From Gallionella sp. (GTDB lineage Bacteria > Pseudomonadota > Gammaproteobacteria > Burkholderiales > Gallionellaceae), in NCBI GenBank assembly GCA_035498295.1, contig DATKAK010000008.1:3433-67432 (forward strand): a stretch of DNA of 64,000 nucleotides, written 5' to 3'. The position numbers and the translations under genes are program-made. Positions 51,535 to 62,256 of the stretch are shown here, in pieces. Every line of letters starts with the position of its first letter. The first letter of the stretch is position 1. Under the pieces are notes generated by a model, which ran no database searches, had not been told where the DNA came from, and was given only the letters and a program-made list of their open reading frames with translations.

Positions 51535-53025
51535 ATGGAAAAGCACAGCATGACAGGGTTGAGGGAAAACAATGTGAGCTTCGCGAACGTTATGACAACG
51601 CCCGACGGAGGGGCGCGCTTCATGGATCACCATGAGGTGGATATGACACGCCATAAAAACAAATCGGTTCTCGTGCTTGGCCTGGGTGAGACCGGACTAT
51701 CCATGGTGCGCTGGCTTAGCGCCCAGAGCGCTCGCCTGCGCGTGGCCGACAGCCGCAGCGCTCCGCCTGGTCTTGCCCAGGCGGCGATGTATGTTGCCGA
51801 AGAACAAATATTTTGCGGTAACTTTAACGATGCACTGTTTGACGGGATCGAACTGATCGCAATCAGTCCGGGGGTTCCATTGCGAGATCCGGCCGTGGAA
51901 CGTGCGATCGCGCGCGGCATTGAGGTGGTGGGCGACATCGAGTTGTTCGCCCAATCGCTGCCGAAGGACAACCATCCCCGCATCCTCGCAATTACCGGCG
52001 CGAACGGGAAGACCACGGTCACCAGCATGGTGGAACACCTGTGCAAGGCGGCGGGCAAGGACACAGTGGCCGCGGGAAACATTTCTCCTGCCGTACTGGA
52101 TGTTGTACTGGAGCGCGGTGCAAACCAGCCGGAGGTATGGGTGCTTGAACTCTCCAGTTTCCAGCTGGAAACAACGTCCAGTCTGCATGCCGATGCAGCG
52201 ACCGTGCTGAATATCAGCGAGGATCATCTTGATCGTTATGCCGATATGGCTGAATACAGCGCGGCCAAGGCGCGCATTTTTGCGGGTTGCAGCATACAGG
52301 TGCTGAACCGTGACGATGCGCGTTGCATGAGCATCGCGCGCAAGGATTGCAAAACAATTACATTCGGCTTGAACAAACCTGATACCGAAGGGGATTTCGG
52401 GATTGAGCGTGCCGACGGCGAAATCTGGCTGATGCAAGGCACGCAGCGTTTGATGAAAGCCGGCGAATTGCAAGTGGTCGGATTGCACAACGTGGCGAAC
52501 GCGTTGGCCGCATTGGCTCTGAGTTGCGCGATCGACTTTCCGATGTCGATATTGCTTGACGCTTTGCGCAGCTTCAAAGGATTGCCGCATCGCATGGAAC
52601 GCGTGGCAGAAATGGGCGGTATTACTTATTACGACGATTCCAAGGGCACCAATGTCGGCGCGACCATCGCGGCGCTGCAGGGGTTGGGCTGCAAGGCGGT
52701 GCTGATCGCAGGTGGCGAGGGCAAGGGACAGGATTTTTCCCCTCTCAAACCGGTTGTGGCAGCGCTCGCACGCGCAGTGGTATTGATCGGACGCGATGCA
52801 CCGCTGATCGAGGCAGTCCTGAGCGGCAGTGGTGTGAAGATTGCACGCGCGGAAGATATGGCCGATGCCGTGCGTCAAGCGACCAGACTGGCGCAACAGG
52901 GCGATGCAGTACTGTTGTCGCCGGCGTGCGCCAGCTTCGATATGTTCCGCAATTATGAACATCGTGCCGAGGTGTTTGTCGAAGCAGTGCAGGAATTGGG
53001 GAGGGGAAGCGCATGGCGTCACTAG
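51535..53025 (+). CDS. murD: UDP-MurNAc-L-Ala:D-Glu ligase
   Basis: [44 protein letters not shown]; alternative start at 51643 with GAGGTG RBS. Confidence 0.94.
   Translation: MEKHSMTGLRENNVSFANVMTTPDGGARFMDHHEVDMTRHKNKSVLVLGLGETGLSMVRWLSAQSARLRVADSRSAPPGLAQAAMYVAEEQIFCGNFNDALFDGIELIAISPGVPLRDPAVERAIARGIEVVGDIELFAQSLPKDNHPRILAITGANGKTTVTSMVEHLCKAAGKDTVAAGNISPAVLDVVLERGANQPEVWVLELSSFQLETTSSLHADAATVLNISEDHLDRYADMAEYSAAKARIFAGCSIQVLNRDDARCMSIARKDCKTITFGLNKPDTEGDFGIERADGEIWLMQGTQRLMKAGELQVVGLHNVANALAALALSCAIDFPMSILLDALRSFKGLPHRMERVAEMGGITYYDDSKGTNVGATIAALQGLGCKAVLIAGGEGKGQDFSPLKPVVAALARAVVLIGRDAPLIEAVLSGSGVKIARAEDMADAVRQATRLAQQGDAVLLSPACASFDMFRNYEHRAEVFVEAVQELGRGSAWRH
51559..51605 (+). repeat. 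Hairpin motif, decayed copy B
   Basis: TTGAGGGAAAACAATGTGAGCTTCGCGAACGTTATGACAACGCCCGA; collinear with copy A and shares GCGAACGTTATGAC. Confidence 0.6.
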
Positions 53026-54335
53026 CGCGCCACGGGAGTCGCGATGCAGGCGATTGGCAACCCAAAGGCTGGACAAAATCGTCACCGCCTGCGGGTCCCC
53101 GTGGAGTCTGCCCCCGCCCTTTCTCAGCACCCGCAGCGAGTGCGCCGAAGGGTAGCCGGGGGTTGCACCCCCACCCTTTCGCAGTCAAAACACGCACTCC
53201 GCCGCCGCAAGCGCAATTTGATGAGTTGCTTGTCTGGGTGTTGATTGCCTTGCTCGCGCTCGGTTTGGTGATGGTCTATTCCTCCTCGATCGCCACGGCC
53301 GAAGCAAACAAATTTACCGCCTATCAGCCGACCTATTATCTATTGCGCCACGGGGTGTTCATCCTCGCGGGGTTGTTTATCGGGCTGTTTGCGTTTCAGG
53401 TCCCGGTGCAGATATGGCAAACCTATGCGCCATATTTGTTTGTGTTCGGCGCGGCACTGCTGGTACTGGTGCTGATTCCCGGTGTCGGCCGCGAGGTCAA
53501 TGGCAGCAGGCGCTGGTTGTCGCTGTTCGTCATCAACTTGCAACCTTCGGAATTGATGAAGCTGTTTGTGGTGCTGTACGCCGCGGATTACACAGTGCGC
53601 AAGGGCAAGGTCGGCCATTTGTTCAGGAAAGCCTTCGTGCCGATGCTGGCGGTGATGGTGATGATCGGCGCCTTGTTGCTGCAGGAGCCGGACATGGGGG
53701 CGCTGGTGGTGATCTGTATCATAGCCCTAAGCACCCTTTGGCTGGGTGGCTTCAATCTGAAAGTGTTCATTGCTCTGCTGCTGGCGCTGCCTCTGGCGCT
53801 GGGGGCACTGATATCTTCATCGCCATACCGGATGCACCGCATCATCGGATTCATGGATCCCTGGTCTGATCCCTATGGCAAAGGCTACCAACTGAGTCAT
53901 GCACTGATCGCTTTCGGGCGCGGCGAGTGGCTGGGCGTCGGGCTGGGAGGCAGTGTGGAAAAATTATTTTATTTGCCGGAAGCGCATACCGACTTCTTGA
54001 TGGCAGTGATCGCCGAAGAATTGGGGCTGGTCGGTGTGGCGGCGGTGATCATGCTGTTCGCGCTGCTGGTGGTGCGGGCATTCAGGATCGGGCGCCATGC
54101 CGCTTTTCTGGAACGCAACTTTTCCGCGCTGGTCGCGCAGGGCATCGGCGTGTGGATCGGCGCGCAGGCGCTGATCAATATCGGCGTGAACATGGGTGTT
54201 TTGCCGACCAAGGGACTGACGCTGCCGTTCCTGAGCTTTGGCGGCAGCGGCATCGTGGTGAATTGTGTCGCGGCCGCGGTGCTGCTGCGAGTGGATTATG
54301 AAAACAGAAGAATTGCCCGAGGACTGCCGGTATGA
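53013..54335 (+). CDS. ftsW: Peptidoglycan polymerase FtsW, with long N-terminal extension
   Basis: [37 protein letters not shown]. Confidence 0.95.
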   Translation: MASLARHGSRDAGDWQPKGWTKSSPPAGPRGVCPRPFSAPAASAPKGSRGLHPHPFAVKTRTPPPQAQFDELLVWVLIALLALGLVMVYSSSIATAEANKFTAYQPTYYLLRHGVFILAGLFIGLFAFQVPVQIWQTYAPYLFVFGAALLVLVLIPGVGREVNGSRRWLSLFVINLQPSELMKLFVVLYAADYTVRKGKVGHLFRKAFVPMLAVMVMIGALLLQEPDMGALVVICIIALSTLWLGGFNLKVFIALLLALPLALGALISSSPYRMHRIIGFMDPWSDPYGKGYQLSHALIAFGRGEWLGVGLGGSVEKLFYLPEAHTDFLMAVIAEELGLVGVAAVIMLFALLVVRAFRIGRHAAFLERNFSALVAQGIGVWIGAQALINIGVNMGVLPTKGLTLPFLSFGGSGIVVNCVAAAVLLRVDYENRRIARGLPV

Positions 54336-54562
54336 ATATGACGGATATCAATTCTTCTGTTTCGGTGGAGGCTCATATTCGCGAAGCGAATATTATGCCG
54401 GAACCAAAACAGACGGATTACGCGGCGATTTCCGGTATGAGTCGCCCCATTTCAATTATGGCCGGCGGTACGGGAGGCCACATTTTTGGCTATGCCATAA
54501 CGCGCGCTGCGCGCGCATTAGTCTGCGCCGAAAACGTGGTCAATTCTGGAGGACTTAAGTGA
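54332..54562 (+). CDS. Possible 76-aa ORF built from two motif copies and a murG N-terminal duplicate
   Basis: Overlaps the ftsW stop (ATGA) and the murG start (GTGA); contains [17 protein letters not shown]. Confidence 0.35.
   Translation: MNMTDINSSVSVEAHIREANIMPEPKQTDYAAISGMSRPISIMAGGTGGHIFGYAITRAARALVCAENVVNSGGLK
54361..54408 (+). repeat. Hairpin motif, copy C
   Basis: TTCGGTGGAGGCTCAT-ATTCGC-GAA-GCGAAT-ATTATG-N6-CCAAA. Confidence 0.7.
54485..54532 (-). repeat. Hairpin motif, copy D (inverted)
   Basis: Minus strand: TTCGGCGCAGACTAAT-GCGCGC-GCA-GCGCGC-GTTATG-N6-CCAAA. Confidence 0.7.
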
Positions 54563-55620
54563 GCCGTTCCATACTCATCATGGCCGGCGGAACCGGAGGC
54601 CACATTTTTCCGGCCCTTGCCGTCGCTGACCTGCTGCGCACGCGGGGTTGGCAAGTGACCTGGCTGGGCGCACCCGGCAGCATGGAAGCCGAACTGGTTC
54701 CCAAACATAAATATGAAATGGCATGGGTGCGCTTTTCGGGTGTGCGCGGCAAGGGATTGTTGCGGCTGCTGTCGTTGCCATTCGATCTGCTCGTCGCATT
54801 GTGGCAGAGCATGTCCGCGATATTGCATTACCGCCCCGATGTGGTACTGGGCATGGGCGGGTATATCACTTTCCCCGGAGGAGTGATGGCGGCATTGCTG
54901 CGACGCCCCCTGGTGATCCATGAGCAAAATTCCATTGCGGGATTGAGCAACAGGTTTTTGGCGCGCATCGCGAAAAAAGTGCTGAGCGGGTTCCCGGATG
55001 TATTGCCGCACGCAATATGGTGCGGCAATCCGGTCCGCAGCGACATCGCCGGGCTGCCCGATCCTCGGCAACGCTATGCCGCGCGCAGCGGCAGGCTGAA
55101 TGTGCTGGTGGTGGGTGGCAGTCTGGGGGCAAAGGCAATCAACGAGGCGGTACCGCAAGCGCTCGCGATGTTGCCGCCGGATGCGCGACCCAGCGTGTTG
55201 CATCAAACCGGCAAGCAGCATTTGGAAGCGGTGAAGCGCGCATATCAACTGGCAGGCGCGCAGGCCGATATCAAACCGTTCATGGATGAGATGGCCAGAC
55301 ATTACGGCAATGCCGATTTGGTGATCTGCCGGGCCGGCGCTTTGACGGTCGCCGAACTTGCCGCGGCCGGTGTGGCCAGCATATTGATCCCGTTCCCGTT
55401 CGCAGTGGACGATCACCAGACCCGCAATGCGCGGTTCTTGAGCGAGCACGGCGCGGCAGTGTTGTTGCCACAGAAGGAGCTGAGTGCTGAAAGACTGGCC
55501 CAGTTGCTGCAGGACCTGAGCCGCGAAAAATTATCCGCGATGGCCCGGAAGGCCCGCGAGTTGGCCAGGGCAGGAGCGGCCGGGGCAGTTGCAACGATAT
55601 GCGCGGAGTTGGCGGCATGA
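54559..55620 (+). CDS. murG: Lipid II GlcNAc transferase MurG
   Basis: [30 protein letters not shown]; GTG start with GGAGG RBS. Confidence 0.96.
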   Translation: MSRSILIMAGGTGGHIFPALAVADLLRTRGWQVTWLGAPGSMEAELVPKHKYEMAWVRFSGVRGKGLLRLLSLPFDLLVALWQSMSAILHYRPDVVLGMGGYITFPGGVMAALLRRPLVIHEQNSIAGLSNRFLARIAKKVLSGFPDVLPHAIWCGNPVRSDIAGLPDPRQRYAARSGRLNVLVVGGSLGAKAINEAVPQALAMLPPDARPSVLHQTGKQHLEAVKRAYQLAGAQADIKPFMDEMARHYGNADLVICRAGALTVAELAAAGVASILIPFPFAVDDHQTRNARFLSEHGAAVLLPQKELSAERLAQLLQDLSREKLSAMARKARELARAGAAGAVATICAELAA

Positions 55621-57167
55621 AACACAAGGTCAAACATCTCCATTTCGTCGGCATAGGCGGTTCCGGCATGAGCGGGATCGCAGAGGTGCTGCTGAATCTG
55701 GGTTTCCAAGTGAGCGGTTCCGACCTCGCTAAGAACGCGGCTACACGCCGTCTCAAACAGCTGGGCGCAACGGTGTATCTCGGCCATGCCGAACAGAACC
55801 TTACCAATGCCGATGTGGTGGTGATCTCAACCGCGGTGAACATGGATAATCCGGAAGTACTGGCGGCGCGCTCACGCCGTATTCCGGTGGTGCCGCGGGC
55901 GATGATGCTGGCCGAGCTGATGCGCTTGCGCCAAGGCATCGCAGTAGCGGGCACGCATGGCAAAACCACCACCACCTCGCTGACTTCCAGCGTGCTGGCC
56001 AAGGGCGGTTTCGATCCCACCTACGTGATCGGCGGAAAGCTGAACAGCAGCGACAGCAATGCCAGGCTCGGCACCGGCGAGTTCATTGTGGTCGAGGCTG
56101 ACGAGTCGGACGCATCGTTCCTGCATCTGCAGCCGATACTTGCGGTGATCACCAATATCGATGCCGACCATATGGAAACCTACAGCCACGATTTCGGAAA
56201 GCTCAAGCAGGCCTTTGTGGAGTTTGTCGAACACTTGCCGTTCTACGGCAGGGCGATGCTGTGCGTTGATGATGCCAATGTGAGGGAGATTCTCCCGCGC
56301 ATCAGCAAACCGGTTACCACCTACGGCTTTAGCGAAGATGCGCAGATCCGCGCAGTGAACGTGCGCCATCAGGACGGCCGTATGCGATTTACCGCGCAGT
56401 GCCGGCACAATGGAAATCCAAGAAACCTGGACATCACGCTCAATCTTGCCGGCATGCATAACGTATTGAATGCGCTCGCCGCCATCGCGATTGCACTGGA
56501 AGTCGGCGTAGCGGATGAGGCGATCGTCGCCGCGCTCGCGGAATTTCAGGGAGTTGGGAGACGCTTCCAGCGTTACGGTGAAATCCCTTTGCCTGGGGGA
56601 GGCGGTTGCGACACGTTACCGGCGAAGTCGGCCGATCGCGGGAGCGACCGCCTTGCCTCCTCTCCCGCACCAAACGGTTCCACCGCGCCGTGTCGAGGCG
56701 GCAGCTTCACGTTGATCGACGACTATGGGCACCATCCGGTTGAAATGCTTGCCACGCTCGAGGCGGCACGCTGGGCTTTTCCTGGACGGCGCCTAGTCCT
56801 GGCTTTTCAGCCGCATCGCTATACGCGGACCCGCGACCTGTTCGAGGATTTCGTGAAAGTGCTGTGCAGCGTGGATGCGCTGGTGCTGGCTGAAGTATAT
56901 CCGGCTGGAGAACAACCCGTCGTCGCAGCGGACGGACGCGCGCTGATGCATGCCTTGCGTGTCGCGGGACAGAGCGAAGCGGTTTTCGTAGAGGATATCC
57001 AGCAGATGCCGCAAGCGATCCTGCAGATGGCGCGCGACGGAGATGTGGTGATCACGATGGGGGCGGGTTCGATCGGCAACGTGCCGAACAGATTGTTGGG
57101 AAGAAGCGACGCCGATGCGACCGGGAAGATGCCGGCCATGGAGGCGTTGCGTTCGGGTGAGCCATGA
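55617..57167 (+). CDS. murC: UDP-MurNAc-L-alanine ligase, with 32-aa internal insertion
   Basis: [34 protein letters not shown]. Confidence 0.96.
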   Translation: MKHKVKHLHFVGIGGSGMSGIAEVLLNLGFQVSGSDLAKNAATRRLKQLGATVYLGHAEQNLTNADVVVISTAVNMDNPEVLAARSRRIPVVPRAMMLAELMRLRQGIAVAGTHGKTTTTSLTSSVLAKGGFDPTYVIGGKLNSSDSNARLGTGEFIVVEADESDASFLHLQPILAVITNIDADHMETYSHDFGKLKQAFVEFVEHLPFYGRAMLCVDDANVREILPRISKPVTTYGFSEDAQIRAVNVRHQDGRMRFTAQCRHNGNPRNLDITLNLAGMHNVLNALAAIAIALEVGVADEAIVAALAEFQGVGRRFQRYGEIPLPGGGGCDTLPAKSADRGSDRLASSPAPNGSTAPCRGGSFTLIDDYGHHPVEMLATLEAARWAFPGRRLVLAFQPHRYTRTRDLFEDFVKVLCSVDALVLAEVYPAGEQPVVAADGRALMHALRVAGQSEAVFVEDIQQMPQAILQMARDGDVVITMGAGSIGNVPNRLLGRSDADATGKMPAMEALRSGEP

Positions 57168-58084
57168 ACATGACCGAACTACAACATCTCGTGACCAAGC
57201 CATTGCGCGGCAAGTTGAGCAGCAATATGCCGATGCGCAAATACACCAGTTGGCGGACGGGCGGCAATGCCGACCGGATGTACCAACCGGCCGACCTGGA
57301 GGATTTGTTGGAATTCCTCCGCGGGCTGCCCGATGACGAGCCTGTGCATGCGGTCGGTCTGGGCAGCAATCTGCTGGTGCGGGACGGAGGCTTGCGCGGC
57401 ACCGTGCTATTGATGCACGGGACATTGAGCGCGTTGCATCTCGAATTGGACGGCAGCATCTATGCCGAAGCCGGGGTTCCCGGCGCGAAACTGGCGCGGT
57501 TTGCGGCTAAACATGGCCTGCAGGGAGCCGCATTCTTCGCAGGCATCCCGGGCACACTGGGCGGTATGCTGGCGATGAATGCCGGATGTTATGGAAGCGA
57601 GACTTGGGAAAAGGTGTTGCGCGTGCAGACCGTGAATCGGCACGGCGAGGTGCACGTGCGCTCGTCGGCGGATTATGAGATCGGATATCGGCATGTTGCT
57701 TTGCGCGATACCGGCGAGGAATGGTTTGTAGCTGCCTGGCTGCAATTTACCAGGGGAAAAGGGGAATCGGCATGGCAGGATATCAAGGCACTGCTGAATA
57801 GGCGCATCGCCAGCCAGCCGTTGAATCAGCCGAATGCGGGTTCTGTGTTTCGCAATCCTGAAGGCGGACATGCGGCGAAGTTGATCGAACTTTGCGGACT
57901 CAAGGGCGTAAGGCTGGGCGGAGCACAGGTGTCGGAGAAGCACGCCAATTTCATCGTGAACACGGGTACTGCGACCGCAGCAGACATAGAGAATCTGATT
58001 TTGAAAATACAGGCAGAGGTGCAGATACAGACCGGAATCAAACTGCATCCTGAAGTGCGCATTGTCGGGGAGAAACAACCATGA
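57164..58084 (+). CDS. murB: UDP-N-acetylmuramate dehydrogenase
   Basis: [32 protein letters not shown]. Confidence 0.96.
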   Translation: MNMTELQHLVTKPLRGKLSSNMPMRKYTSWRTGGNADRMYQPADLEDLLEFLRGLPDDEPVHAVGLGSNLLVRDGGLRGTVLLMHGTLSALHLELDGSIYAEAGVPGAKLARFAAKHGLQGAAFFAGIPGTLGGMLAMNAGCYGSETWEKVLRVQTVNRHGEVHVRSSADYEIGYRHVALRDTGEEWFVAAWLQFTRGKGESAWQDIKALLNRRIASQPLNQPNAGSVFRNPEGGHAAKLIELCGLKGVRLGGAQVSEKHANFIVNTGTATAADIENLILKIQAEVQIQTGIKLHPEVRIVGEKQP

Positions 58085-59052
58085 CCCGGCAACTTGACCC
58101 GGCTTCGTTCGGCAAGGTGGCGGTGCTGCTCGGCGGACGTTCCGCCGAGCGCGAGGTGTCGCTGAAGAGCGGCGCAGCTGTGCTGGCGGCGCTGTTGCAC
58201 AGCGGGGTTGATGCTTATCCATTCGATCCTGCCGTACAGAGTTTGCAGTCGCTGGTCGACGACGGATTCGACCGGGCATTCATCGCGCTTCATGGTCGCT
58301 ATGGAGAGGATGGTACGGTGCAGGGTGCGCTGGAATTGTTGGGAATCCCCTATACCGGCAGCGGCGTGATGGCATCGGCGCTCGGCATGGACAAGTGGCG
58401 CAGCAAGCTGGTGTGGCAAGCAGCAGGTTTACCGATACCCGACTACGCGATTCTCGACGAACACTGTGATTGGAAAGCTGTCGCGCTAAAACTGGGTTTG
58501 CCGCTGTTCGTAAAACCGGCGAACGAAGGTTCCAGCGTAGGGATCACCAAGGTAAAAGCAGCAAACGAAATGCCGGCGGCATATCGCGAAGCGGCCAGGC
58601 ATGACCCGCTGGTTCTAGCGGAGCGTTTCATCGGCGGCGGCGAATATACCGTTGCGATCCTGGGAGAACAGGCGCTACCGGTGATCAAGATCGAGCCTGC
58701 CAACGAGTTCTATGACTACGAGGCGAAATACCTGCGCAATGACACTCGTTATCTGTGCCCGTGCGACCTGAGTGACGCACAGGAAGCGGAGATGCAGCGT
58801 TTGGCGAAACGCGCGTTCGCACTGATCGGCGGGCAAGGCTGGGGGCGAGTGGATTTTCTGAGGGACGAGGCCGGTGAGCCGTATTTGCTCGAGGCAAACA
58901 CCTCGCCGGGTATGACAGACCACAGCCTGGTGCCGATGGCGGCACGTCAGGCGGGCATGAATTTCGAGCAATTGGTAATGCGCATATTGGCTTTGGCCGC
59001 GCATGGCCAATCAACCGGGCTGGCAGACAATGCCGCCCTGAAAGCCGGGTAA
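58081..59052 (+). CDS. ddlB: D-alanine--D-alanine ligase
   Basis: [36 protein letters not shown]. Confidence 0.96.
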   Translation: MTRQLDPASFGKVAVLLGGRSAEREVSLKSGAAVLAALLHSGVDAYPFDPAVQSLQSLVDDGFDRAFIALHGRYGEDGTVQGALELLGIPYTGSGVMASALGMDKWRSKLVWQAAGLPIPDYAILDEHCDWKAVALKLGLPLFVKPANEGSSVGITKVKAANEMPAAYREAARHDPLVLAERFIGGGEYTVAILGEQALPVIKIEPANEFYDYEAKYLRNDTRYLCPCDLSDAQEAEMQRLAKRAFALIGGQGWGRVDFLRDEAGEPYLLEANTSPGMTDHSLVPMAARQAGMNFEQLVMRILALAAHGQSTGLADNAALKAG

Positions 59053-59055
59053 TCC

Positions 59056-59763
59056 ATGTGGGATAACGCTCCATTATTGCGCAGCCTTGCCAACGCATTG
59101 ATCGCTTCCAGTGTGGTGGCGATTCTGTATGGCGGGGTTCATTACCTGGTGCATTTGCCCGGATTGTTTCCGCTGCAGCGCGTGAAATTACTTGATGCTC
59201 CGCAAAAGGTCGATGCGGCCGCGGTATCGCAGGTGATAGGCAACGAAGTGCAGGGCAATTTTTTCACGGTGGATATCGAACGATTGAGGGACTCATTGGA
59301 AAAGCTGCCCTGGGTGCGCCATGCCAGCATACGCCGTGAATTTCCGCATAGCCTGGAAGTGCAATTGGAAGAATATCAGGCATTGGCGCGCTGGAATGAC
59401 AGCGCACTGGTGGATGCACAGGGCGAGGTATTTGATGCAACAAGCGATCGGAAGATGCCTGAATTTATCGGACAAGAAGGCACTGCGGCAGAAGTGACAC
59501 AACGTTATGAACAATTCAGCCAGCAGCTTGCTCTTCTGGATTTGCAAGTGACTCGGCTGGTGTTGTCACCGCGCCATGCCTGGCAATTGAATTTGAGCAA
59601 CGGCATGGTGCTGGAACTGGGGCGCGAGGACATGCTGCAAAGGTTGGAAAGGTTCGTGCAAGCCTATCCCAACAGCCTTGCAGCAATACAAGGCCGGGTG
59701 AAGTACGTGGATTTGCGCTACAGCAATGGTTTTGCGGTGAGTGGTTTGGCCAATCGGGGCTGA
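59056..59763 (+). CDS. ftsQ: Cell division protein FtsQ
   Basis: MWDN start, POTRA LPWVR..IRR, DLRYSNGFAV. Confidence 0.94.
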   Translation: MWDNAPLLRSLANALIASSVVAILYGGVHYLVHLPGLFPLQRVKLLDAPQKVDAAAVSQVIGNEVQGNFFTVDIERLRDSLEKLPWVRHASIRREFPHSLEVQLEEYQALARWNDSALVDAQGEVFDATSDRKMPEFIGQEGTAAEVTQRYEQFSQQLALLDLQVTRLVLSPRHAWQLNLSNGMVLELGREDMLQRLERFVQAYPNSLAAIQGRVKYVDLRYSNGFAVSGLANRG

Positions 59764-59786
59764 AGGGAAGCAGCGGGGAACCGACG

Positions 59787-61022
59787 ATGAGCAGAAGCAG
59801 GGAAACTAAAAATCTGGTGGTAGGACTGGATATCGGCACGTCCAAGATCGTGGTCATCGTTGGTGAGGTCAAACCGGACGGCATGCTGGAAGTGATCGGC
59901 ATGGGTATGCATCAATCTTCTGGAATGAAGAAGGGCATGGTGGTCAACATCGATGCTACGGTGGGGTCGATCCAGCGCGCGCTGGAAGAAGCGGAACTGA
60001 TGGCCGATTGCAAGATACACGAGGTCTACACCGGTATCGCGGGCAGCCATATCCGCAGCATCAATTCGCGGGGCATGGTGAAGATCAAGGAGAAGGAGGT
60101 TGCCGGCCCCGACATCGAACGCGTCATAGAGACAGCCAGTTCCATCAGCCTGCCGAGCGACCAGCAGATCCTGCACATCCTCGAACAGGAATTCAGCATC
60201 GATGGCCAGGACGGCATCAAGAAGCCGCTGGGCATGAGCGGAATGCGTTTGGATGTCGAGGTGCACATCATCAGCGGGGCGGTATCCGCGGTGCAGAACA
60301 TCATGAAGTGCATCCATCGTTGTGGTCTGGAAGTCAATGAATTGATCCTCCAGCCGCTGGCTTCCAGCAAGGCAGTGCTCGCAGAAGACGAGAAAGAGCT
60401 GGGTGTGTGCCTCGTGGACATCGGCGGCGGCACTACTGACATCGCCGTGTTCACCGGCGGCGCGATCCGCCACACCGCCGTGATACCGATCGCCGGGGAC
60501 CAGATCACCAATGACATCGCGATGGCGTTGCGCACGCCGACGCAGGATGCCGAGGACATCAAGATCAAGCATGGCTGTGCATTGCGCCAATTGGCGGATG
60601 GGGGCGCGATCGAGGTGCCGGGCGTGGGCGACCGGGGGCCGCGCATGTTGTCGCGGCAAACTCTGGCCGAGGTGATCGAACCGCGCGTCGAGGAATTGTA
60701 CTCGCTGGTACAGCAGGAATTGCGGCGCAGCGGGTTTGAAGAGCTGTTGTCCTCGGGCATCGTGATCACCGGCGGCAGCAGCGCCATGCAGGGAATGGTC
60801 GAACTGGGCGAAGAAATATTCCATCTGCCGGTGCGTTTGGGCGTCCCGAAATATGTGGGCGGATTGTCCGATGTGGTCAAAACACCCCGCATGGCGACCG
60901 GTGTGGGGCTGCTGTTATATGGCTTGGAGCATCATCAGCGCAAAGAGGAGACGCGCTTGCAATCGAATTCATTTGGTGACGTGTTGGCAAGAATGAAAGA
61001 CTGGTTTTTGGGGAATTTCTAG
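59787..61022 (+). CDS. ftsA: Cell division protein FtsA
   Basis: GLDIGTSK, DIGGGTTD, TGG, C-terminal amphipathic WFLGNF. Confidence 0.97.
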   Translation: MSRSRETKNLVVGLDIGTSKIVVIVGEVKPDGMLEVIGMGMHQSSGMKKGMVVNIDATVGSIQRALEEAELMADCKIHEVYTGIAGSHIRSINSRGMVKIKEKEVAGPDIERVIETASSISLPSDQQILHILEQEFSIDGQDGIKKPLGMSGMRLDVEVHIISGAVSAVQNIMKCIHRCGLEVNELILQPLASSKAVLAEDEKELGVCLVDIGGGTTDIAVFTGGAIRHTAVIPIAGDQITNDIAMALRTPTQDAEDIKIKHGCALRQLADGGAIEVPGVGDRGPRMLSRQTLAEVIEPRVEELYSLVQQELRRSGFEELLSSGIVITGGSSAMQGMVELGEEIFHLPVRLGVPKYVGGLSDVVKTPRMATGVGLLLYGLEHHQRKEETRLQSNSFGDVLARMKDWFLGNF

Positions 61023-61089
61023 CGGTTACGAGTGTTGATTGGTTCGGGTAGTCCGGGGGTTGTTTTTGGCAATTTTTAAGGAGATGACG

Positions 61090-62256
61090 ATGTTTGAAAT
61101 CATGGATGTACAAACGCAGGATGCGGTGATCAAGGTGGTCGGTGTAGGGGGCTGTGGCGGCAACGCGGTGGATCATATGATCGATCAGGGTGTGCAGGGA
61201 GTCGAGTTCATCGTGATCAATACCGACGCGCAGGCGCTCAAGCGCAGCAAGGCGCGTACCCAGTTGCAGATCGGTGTGAGCATCACCAAGGGCCTGGGTG
61301 CTGGCGCAAAACCCTCTGTCGGCCAGGCGGCGGCAGAGGAAGATCGCGACCGCATCAAAGAGATGTTGGTCGGCGCACACATGGTGTTCATCACGGCCGG
61401 GATGGGGGGTGGCACCGGAACCGGTGCGGCCCCCATCATCGCGCAGATTGCCAAAGAGATGGATATCCTGACCGTGGCGGTGGTGACCAAACCGTTCGCA
61501 TACGAAGGCAACCGGATCCGGTTCGCCAAAGCCGGCATCGAGGCACTGGGCGAGTATGTCGATTCGCTGATCATCGTGCCGAATTCCAAACTGATGGAGG
61601 TGCTGGGCAATGATGTCACCGTGCCGGAAGCTTTCAAGGCGGCCAATGGGGTGCTGCAGGGCGCGGTGGCGGGCATCGCGGAGGTGATCAATGTGCCCGG
61701 GTTGATCAACGTGGATTTCGCCGACGTGCGCACCGTGATGTCGGAAAACGGGATGGCGATGATGGGTTCTGCGGTTGCCGCGGGAAACGATCGCGCGCGG
61801 ATTGCGGCGGAACGTGCGATTTCCAGCCCGCTTCTGGAAGACGTGGACATGTCCGGCGCCCGTGGCGTGCTGGTGAACATCACCTCGAGCAATAGTCTGA
61901 AACTCAAGGAGATCGACGATGTGATGGAGTGCGTCCAATTTGCCGCGGAAGAGGCAACCGTGATCGTTGGATCGGTATTCGACGACGCAATGGGCGACGA
62001 AATGCGAGTGACAGTCGTGGCTACCGGTCTTGGAGCACCGCAGGCACGCAAACAGCCAAAACCGGAAATAGTCTATCAGAATCATGACTTTCAGAGGACA
62101 GGCACGCATGATGAACCGTTGGCCGGCGTAAATTACGGTGAGCTTGAAACACCAACCATCATGAGGAGCGGTCGCAGAGCGGCGGTGGATGCGATGGAAA
62201 AATCCGGTGTGGATACCTATGACATCCCGTCTTTCCTGCGAAAACAGGCGGATTGA
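61090..62256 (+). CDS. ftsZ: Cell division protein FtsZ
   Basis: GGCGGNA, GMGGGTGTG, NVDFAD, DIPSFLRKQAD; AAGGAG RBS. Confidence 0.97.
   Translation: MFEIMDVQTQDAVIKVVGVGGCGGNAVDHMIDQGVQGVEFIVINTDAQALKRSKARTQLQIGVSITKGLGAGAKPSVGQAAAEEDRDRIKEMLVGAHMVFITAGMGGGTGTGAAPIIAQIAKEMDILTVAVVTKPFAYEGNRIRFAKAGIEALGEYVDSLIIVPNSKLMEVLGNDVTVPEAFKAANGVLQGAVAGIAEVINVPGLINVDFADVRTVMSENGMAMMGSAVAAGNDRARIAAERAISSPLLEDVDMSGARGVLVNITSSNSLKLKEIDDVMECVQFAAEEATVIVGSVFDDAMGDEMRVTVVATGLGAPQARKQPKPEIVYQNHDFQRTGTHDEPLAGVNYGELETPTIMRSGRRAAVDAMEKSGVDTYDIPSFLRKQAD

Noticed and set aside
51300-51630. CRISPR array or assembly artefact at mraY-murD
   Set aside because: The repeats are coding-sequence duplicates with no cas genes nearby, and the copies differ at many positions, which argues against a simple duplicated-read artefact (reads not seen).
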